NCBI GenBank assembly: GCA_965248445.1
Contig: CBDFJG010000003.1
Coordinates: 832,001 to 896,000, forward strand
Origin: Planctomycetota bacterium
Lineage (GTDB): Bacteria > Planctomycetota > JAJSAM01 > JAJVHW01
Direction of reading: 5' to 3'
DNA: 64,000 nt
This document shows, piece by piece, positions 58,829 to 64,000 of the stretch. Both the position numbers and the translations under genes were made by a program. Under the pieces are notes generated by a model. That model was not told the origin of the DNA. It was given only the letters and a program-made list of their open reading frames with translations, and searched no databases. Each line of letters starts with the position of its first letter. Position 1 is the first letter of the stretch.

Positions 58829-59935
58829 CTAGCTCGGCGCACCGAGATCCCCGCGGACTTCCTCGCTTTCCACGTCGAGGAGGGTGCGCGCCTCAGCGTT
58901 GACGAGTCATCGTGCATCATCGAGCAACTGGGCTTCGGCGACGAGCTCTGGCGCGACGTGATGTACTACCTGGCGGGGCGTGACCACACGCTCCCACCCG
59001 AGCGTCGGCCAGTCCGGGTGGGGGAGATCCTCGGACTTGAACCGGCCACACCAGCGCGGGCGCGGGGACGTGCTCTGGTGCGCGACAAGGGAGCGTTCCG
59101 CCGCTTCCTGCGCGACGCCGGATGGACGCGCATGAGGTTCTTCTACGACCCGGTGTTCACGAACGCGCACGAGGCATACGACGGGTGCGTCAAGTTCAAG
59201 CACCTCTCGTCGATGCTCGAGGGTGGCGAGATCAGCACACGGGCCGCGTCGGCGATGTGCAGGACATTCGAACGCCCGTGGGGCGATCAGTTCCGCGACG
59301 TTGGCGTGTGGTCTTTCGACGGGACATCGCTCGGACTCCAACGCGCCGCGTACTTCATCTCAGACGACGAGTTCGTCGCTGCGTGTGGCCTGGATCGCGC
59401 CACACTCGCGAGGATCGAGGGTCCCGAACTCGGCGACGTGCCCCTGCGCGACTTGACGACGTATGCAGCAGCGATGCATCCGGAATCGAGCGGCTACCGC
59501 GCGCTCCAGGCGTTCGTCGGAGACATGTACTCGGTAGTTCGGTCGGGGGTGCCGGACGACGCGGGCACCGCGGCGGTCGATGACCTCCGCGAGCTGAGCC
59601 GAAGAGTGGCGCACGCCATCTCGGAGGACATCCATCCGAACGACGCAGAGGTGTGGTGGCGGGCTGTCACTGGAGCGATCAACGGTCTCGCGGTCTCGAC
59701 AAGACCCTGCCCGCACCGACGCTCACCGCGGTCCTTGCGCCCATCGGTGGCGTGTCCTGACAGCCGCTAATCGCATCCGGCGCACATGTGACTGACGCCC
59801 GCGCAGGGAAGGTCTCTGCCGGGTTCTCTCTCTCTCGCGGCGTCGGCGCCCCCACGCGCCGGCGTCGCAACTAGGAGCCTTGATCAATGACAGCAGAACC
59901 GACACCTGACCCCGCGCCGATCGCCGATCTACGAG

Positions 59936-60331
59936 ATGGCGCGCTACCGCGAACGACGCCAGTTCGCTCCCCGCAAGTTGAGCGAGCATCGCAAGGCGCG
60001 ACGCCTCAGCCAGTACGACCTCGGCAAGCTCGTCCGCGAGCAGCGCCCCGACTGTCATGCGGCGCGCTTCGTCAGCCAAGCGATCGTCGCGGCGTGCGAA
60101 CAGGGCGCGATCGTGCCCGACGCGAACTTGCTGCTGACGTTCGCCGCCGTGCTCGAGGTCCCGCTGGATGACCTGACGATGCGGCTGCCGCCGATCGCGC
60201 CGCCAGCCGACCTGCGTGACGACACCGAGGAGATGCAGCTCTGGAAGGCGGCTGGCGTCCAGGTGCGCGCTTCGGTCGAGGCGACGCTGGTGCGGGCGGA
60301 GAGCGAGGACGAGCCGAAGCGGGCGGCGTGA
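59936..60331 (+). CDS. XRE-family helix-turn-helix regulator
   Basis: LSEHRKARRLSQYDLGK...VSQAIVAACEQGAIVPDANLLLTFAAVLEVPLDDL. Confidence 0.75.
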   Translation: MARYRERRQFAPRKLSEHRKARRLSQYDLGKLVREQRPDCHAARFVSQAIVAACEQGAIVPDANLLLTFAAVLEVPLDDLTMRLPPIAPPADLRDDTEEMQLWKAAGVQVRASVEATLVRAESEDEPKRAA

Positions 60332-60434
60332 TCGTCGGCGGCTTCGGGCGTCGCCGCCCGCACACACGTCGGGGATACGCGATAGCTTCTCGGTGCGTGC
60401 GTGGCGCGCGACAGCAGCGCGACCAGCCGGAAAG

Positions 60435-60707
60435 CTACTTCGGAGCACTCCTCTTAAGCAGCGCCAGCACATCGGACTCCAACTGCGCGATGTCGTGGGA
60501 GTCAGGGCTCGGCTCGGACTCGAGGTCCACGACCCGAAGACAGATCCCGAACGTCGCCCGCTGCTCGAGCCGCTCCAGGACCTTCGCAGTCGGCTCCTCG
60601 CCGTGGACCGCAGCCCAGTGCTCGCACCACCGGACACGGGCGGCCTCTCGTCGAGCTCCAGCTCCTTGGCGCTCATCCAGGCGAGGGTAGCCGAAACCAA
60701 GAAACAC
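60435..60707 (-). CDS. Short hypothetical protein or fragment
   Basis: 90-aa ORF convergent on the XRE gene; no recognised motif. Confidence 0.3.
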   Translation of the reverse strand: MFLGFGYPRLDERQGAGARREAARVRWCEHWAAVHGEEPTAKVLERLEQRATFGICLRVVDLESEPSPDSHDIAQLESDVLALLKRSAPK

Positions 60708-60890
60708 AACGGCTCAACTCGTTTGATACTCCGACCGACCTACGGGTCCTGCGTTTGCGTTCCCGTGAGTGCTCAGCCCCGCACGACGGCTCCGTGCTTC
60801 GCCATCGGCTCAATCCAGCGACTCAGCCGCGCGTCCAGCGCGATGCCGCCGGCCGTGATGGGACGCTCTCGTGGCGCCGCTCCTCGGTCG

Positions 60891-62146
60891 GTAACCGTTC
60901 ACCCCTTCGTCGCGAGCCAGGATCCAGATCGTTCGGCCATCGGTCGATCAAGATGTTGTGGGCGAGCGGCAGGACGAGGATCTGCGGGCGATGGTCGAGG
61001 GCCTTCTGGCCTGGATCGAGGAGCTGGAGCGTCGCGAAGCGAAGCATCTGCGCCGCATCGACGAGCTCGAGTCGCGTCTGAAGCGTGACTCCCGCAACAG
61101 CTCGAGGCCTCCGTCGTCGGACCCGGCGTGGTCCAAGCGCCGTCGCGGCCGAAGGCCGCGTAGCGGTCGCAAGCAGGGCGGACAGCCGGGCCATGAGGGC
61201 ACGGCGCGCGAGCTGGTGGATCCGTCCAACGTCGATGAGACCAAGGAGCACCGTCCCGACCTCTGCGACGCGTGCGGACACGACGATCTCGAGCAGGGCA
61301 TCGGCGATCCGTACCGGCACCAGGTGACGGTGCTCCCGCGCGTGCTCGTCACGGTGCGGGAGCACCGGCTGCACAAGGCGCGGTGCCGGCGCTGTCGTGC
61401 GGTCACGACGGCGGTCCTGCCCGATGGCGTGCCGACCGGGGCCTTCGGTCCGCGGCTGACCACACTTGCCGGCGCGCTGCGCGGCGTGTACCGCGTGAGC
61501 GTGCGGGAGACGCAGCGGCTGCTCGGTGAGATCTTCGGTGTGAAGATGTCGCTGGGCAAGATCAGCGACTGTGAGCGTCGGCTCAGTGACGCTCTGCACT
61601 CGTCGTACCTCGAAGCCCTCGGGGCAGTCCGCACGTCGCTGCGAGCCAACGTGGACGAGACGTCGTGGAAGGAACGGGGCCGGGTGTGCTGGCTGTGGGC
61701 GGCGGAGAGCGAGCACGCCACAGCCTTCGGGATCGATCGCCGCCGCAGTGCCAAGGCGAAAGGGCGGCTGATCGGGCGGCGCTTCGGTGGCACGGTGATC
61801 AGCGACCGGATGGGTGCCTACGAGTCACACCCACTTGCCCGCCGCCAGCTCTGCTGGGCGCACATCGAGCGCGCCTTCCGTGCGCTGGCCGAAGGCCCGC
61901 GAGGACATCGCCGCTTCGGCAACAAGGGCGTCATGATCGCGCAGTCGGTCATGCGCAGCTACCGGCTCTTCGGTGAGCACGGCGACCGTGACCGGCTGCA
62001 AGGCGAAGCCGCTGTGCTGCGCGGACGGCTCGAGCGACTGATCGCGAACGACGACTCGGCTCTGGCCAACCATCTGCGCCCCCGCGTGGTCGCCCTCTTC
62101 ACCTATGCGCGGACCCAGGACGTGAGTCCGACGAACAACGCCGCCG
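60891..62146 (+). mobile_element. IS66-family copy B, truncated (lacks the last 244 bp)
   Basis: Left IR at 60891; identity to copy A stops after ...AACAACGCCGCCG, where an inverted copy begins. Confidence 0.9.
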
Positions 62147-63646
62147 GTAACCGTTCACCCCTTGACAGCGTGTGAGCCTCAGCGTGCGACGGGCAGCGGG
62201 ACCATGACGGGCGGGTCGGCGCCGGTGAGGTGCGCGGCGACCGAGTCGGCGAGGAAGTCGAAGACTTGGTCGCCACGGCGTCGCAGCGTGGCCGCGGCGG
62301 TCAACACGCGCTCGGCGAAGCGGAGTCCGCGAGCGGACTGGCTTCCGAAGGAGCCCTTGCGCCAGAGCACCGCTTTGCGGACCGCGCGCTCGGCGGCGTT
62401 GTTCGTCGGACTCACGTCCTGGGTCCGCGCATAGGTGAAGAGGGCGACTACGCGGGGGCGCAGATGGTTGGCCAGAGCCGAGTCGTCGTTCGCGATCAGT
62501 CGCTCGAGCCGTCCGCGCAGCACAGCGGCTTCGCCTTGCAGCCGGTCACGGTCGCCGTGCTCACCGAAGAGCCGGTAGCTGCGCATGACCGACTGCGCGA
62601 TCATGACGCCCTTGTTGCCGAAGCGGCGATGTCCTCGCGGGCCTTCGGCCAGCGCACGGAAGGCGCGCTCGATGTGCGCCCAGCAGAGCTGGCGGCGGGC
62701 AAGTGGGTGTGACTCGTAGGCACCCATCCGGTCGCTGATCACCGTGCCACCGAAGCGCCGCCCGATCAGCCGCCCTTTCGCCTTGGCACTGCGGCGGCGA
62801 TCGATCCCGAAGGCTGTGGCGTGCTCGCTCTCCGCCGCCCACAGCCAGCACACCCGGCCCCGTTCCTTCCACGACGTCTCGTCCACGTTGGCTCGCAGCG
62901 ACGTGCGGACTGCCCCGAGGGCTTCGAGGTACGACGAGTGCAGAGCGTCACTGAGCCGACGCTCACAGTCGCTGATCTTGCCCAGCGACATCTTCACACC
63001 GAAGATCTCACCGAGCAGCCGCTGCGTCTCCCGCACGCTCACGCGGTACACGCCGCGCAGCGCGCCGGCAAGTGTGGTCAGCCGCGGACCGAAGGCCCCG
63101 GTCGGCACGCCATCGGGCAGGACCGCCGTCGTGACCGCACGACAGCGCCGGCACCGCGCCTTGTGCAGCCGGTGCTCCCGCACCGTGACGAGCACGCGCG
63201 GGAGCACCGTCACCTGGTGCCGGTACGGATCGCCGATGCCCTGCTCGAGATCGTCGTGTCCGCACGCGTCGCAGAGGTCGGGACGGTGCTCCTTGGTCTC
63301 ATCGACGTTGGACGGATCCACCAGCTCGCGCGCCGTGCCCTCATGGCCCGGCTGTCCGCCCTGCTTGCGACCGCTACGCGGCCTTCGGCCGCGACGGCGC
63401 TTGGACCACGCCGGGTCCGACGACGGAGGCCTCGAGCTGTTGCGGGAGTCACGCTTCAGACGCGACTCGAGCTCGTCGATGCGGCGCAGATGCTTCGCTT
63501 CGCGACGCTCCAGCTCCTCGATCCAGGCCAGAAGGTCCTCGACCATCGCCCGCAGATCCTCGTCCTGCCGCTCGCCCACAACATCTTGATCGACCGATGG
63601 CCGAACGATCTGGATCCTGGCTCGCGACGAAGGGGTGAACGGTTAC
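62147..63646 (-). mobile_element. IS66-family copy C, complete, 1500 bp
   Basis: Both IRs present; flanks CGCCGCCG and GCGGCTGC are not a duplication. Confidence 0.9.
62179..63579 (-). CDS. IS66-family transposase (intact, 466 aa)
   Basis: Uninterrupted ORF with Zn-finger CDAC/CRRC, DETSW, ISDR, QLCWAH and TNNAAER. Confidence 0.9.
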   Translation of the reverse strand: MGERQDEDLRAMVEDLLAWIEELERREAKHLRRIDELESRLKRDSRNSSRPPSSDPAWSKRRRGRRPRSGRKQGGQPGHEGTARELVDPSNVDETKEHRPDLCDACGHDDLEQGIGDPYRHQVTVLPRVLVTVREHRLHKARCRRCRAVTTAVLPDGVPTGAFGPRLTTLAGALRGVYRVSVRETQRLLGEIFGVKMSLGKISDCERRLSDALHSSYLEALGAVRTSLRANVDETSWKERGRVCWLWAAESEHATAFGIDRRRSAKAKGRLIGRRFGGTVISDRMGAYESHPLARRQLCWAHIERAFRALAEGPRGHRRFGNKGVMIAQSVMRSYRLFGEHGDRDRLQGEAAVLRGRLERLIANDDSALANHLRPRVVALFTYARTQDVSPTNNAAERAVRKAVLWRKGSFGSQSARGLRFAERVLTAAATLRRRGDQVFDFLADSVAAHLTGADPPVMVPLPVAR

Positions 63647-64000
63647 GCGGCTGCGCCCGTGGCATTCGCGCAGGACTACACAGTCACGCGGCGCGACTCG
63701 ACGTACCAGGCGTCGCCGGCGGGAGCGGATCAGCCGCTCGCGCTGCCGGGCGGCATGCACTACGCAGGGAACACGGTCGAGCTACCGTTCACGTTCCCGT
63801 ACTACGGGTTCGCCTACGACAAGATCTGGATCACCACTAAAGGGATGGTGCAGCTCGGCGTCGTCGCACTGGGGTTGTCGACCGGCACGAACGCGACCTT
63901 CCCTCCGAACGGCACTGGAGACGGCATGCTCGCGGTCGCGTGGGACCGGCTGGGCAACAGCGGCACAGTGTACTCGTGGACCGAGGGCACCACACTGGAG
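63647..64000 (+). pseudogene. Secreted nidogen/NIDO-like protein, N-terminus removed at the IS66 end, runs off the window
   Basis: Open frame not in the ORF track: AAAPVAFAQDYTV...VELPFTFPYYGFAYDKIWITTKGMV...LAVAWDRL; it starts in the middle of a signal peptide. Confidence 0.65.

Larger units (their letters stand above)
56844..59770 (+). pseudogene. Multi-XRE-HTH protein interrupted by IS1380 copy 3 (restores to 417 aa)
   Basis: GGGAGG RBS; excising the IS gives in-frame ...KGIDLAEL-ARRTEIPADFL...DVMYYL. Confidence 0.75.

Noticed and set aside
1..64000. CRISPR array, tRNA (including selC) or rRNA genes
   Set aside because: No spaced direct-repeat array or recognisable structural RNA was seen by eye; an Infernal/tRNAscan run would be needed to exclude small ones.

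Overview
GC-rich bacterial DNA. The repeat-rich secreted proteins, CRTAC1/ASPIC and carboxypeptidase-regulatory-like proteins suggest Planctomycetota, which is an inference. The window has four parts. (1) 1-9.2 kb: a minus-strand YqiJ-like / SPFH-flotillin / 1797-aa P-loop ATPase operon, followed by a tandem degenerate GGDEF gene. (2) 9.5-17.8 kb: secreted and membrane proteins plus a histone-like DUF2934 protein. (3) 18-41.9 kb: a 24-kb island in which seven ATP-grasp ligases, two Fes-type serine esterases and an S51/class-I GATase-fold protein are interleaved with glycogen genes (glgC, glgA, debranching enzyme, GT4, GH57, fused GT3 synthase-phosphorylase). (4) 43-64 kb: an FG-GAP/CRTAC1-ASPIC gene, then a hotspot with three IS1380 copies, four single-ORF IS66-family pieces and several reconstructable broken genes. 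Best leads: an in-frame UGA (45035-45037) followed at once by a hairpin matching the bacterial SECIS model in the CRTAC1/ASPIC gene (candidate U-S-C selenoprotein); the uncharacterised ATP-grasp/esterase/glycogen system; and a 265-bp right-end-only IS66 piece with a perfect 8-bp target duplication. Family calls come from motif recognition by eye; no searches were run. Several starts were moved downstream of the ORF-track starts.
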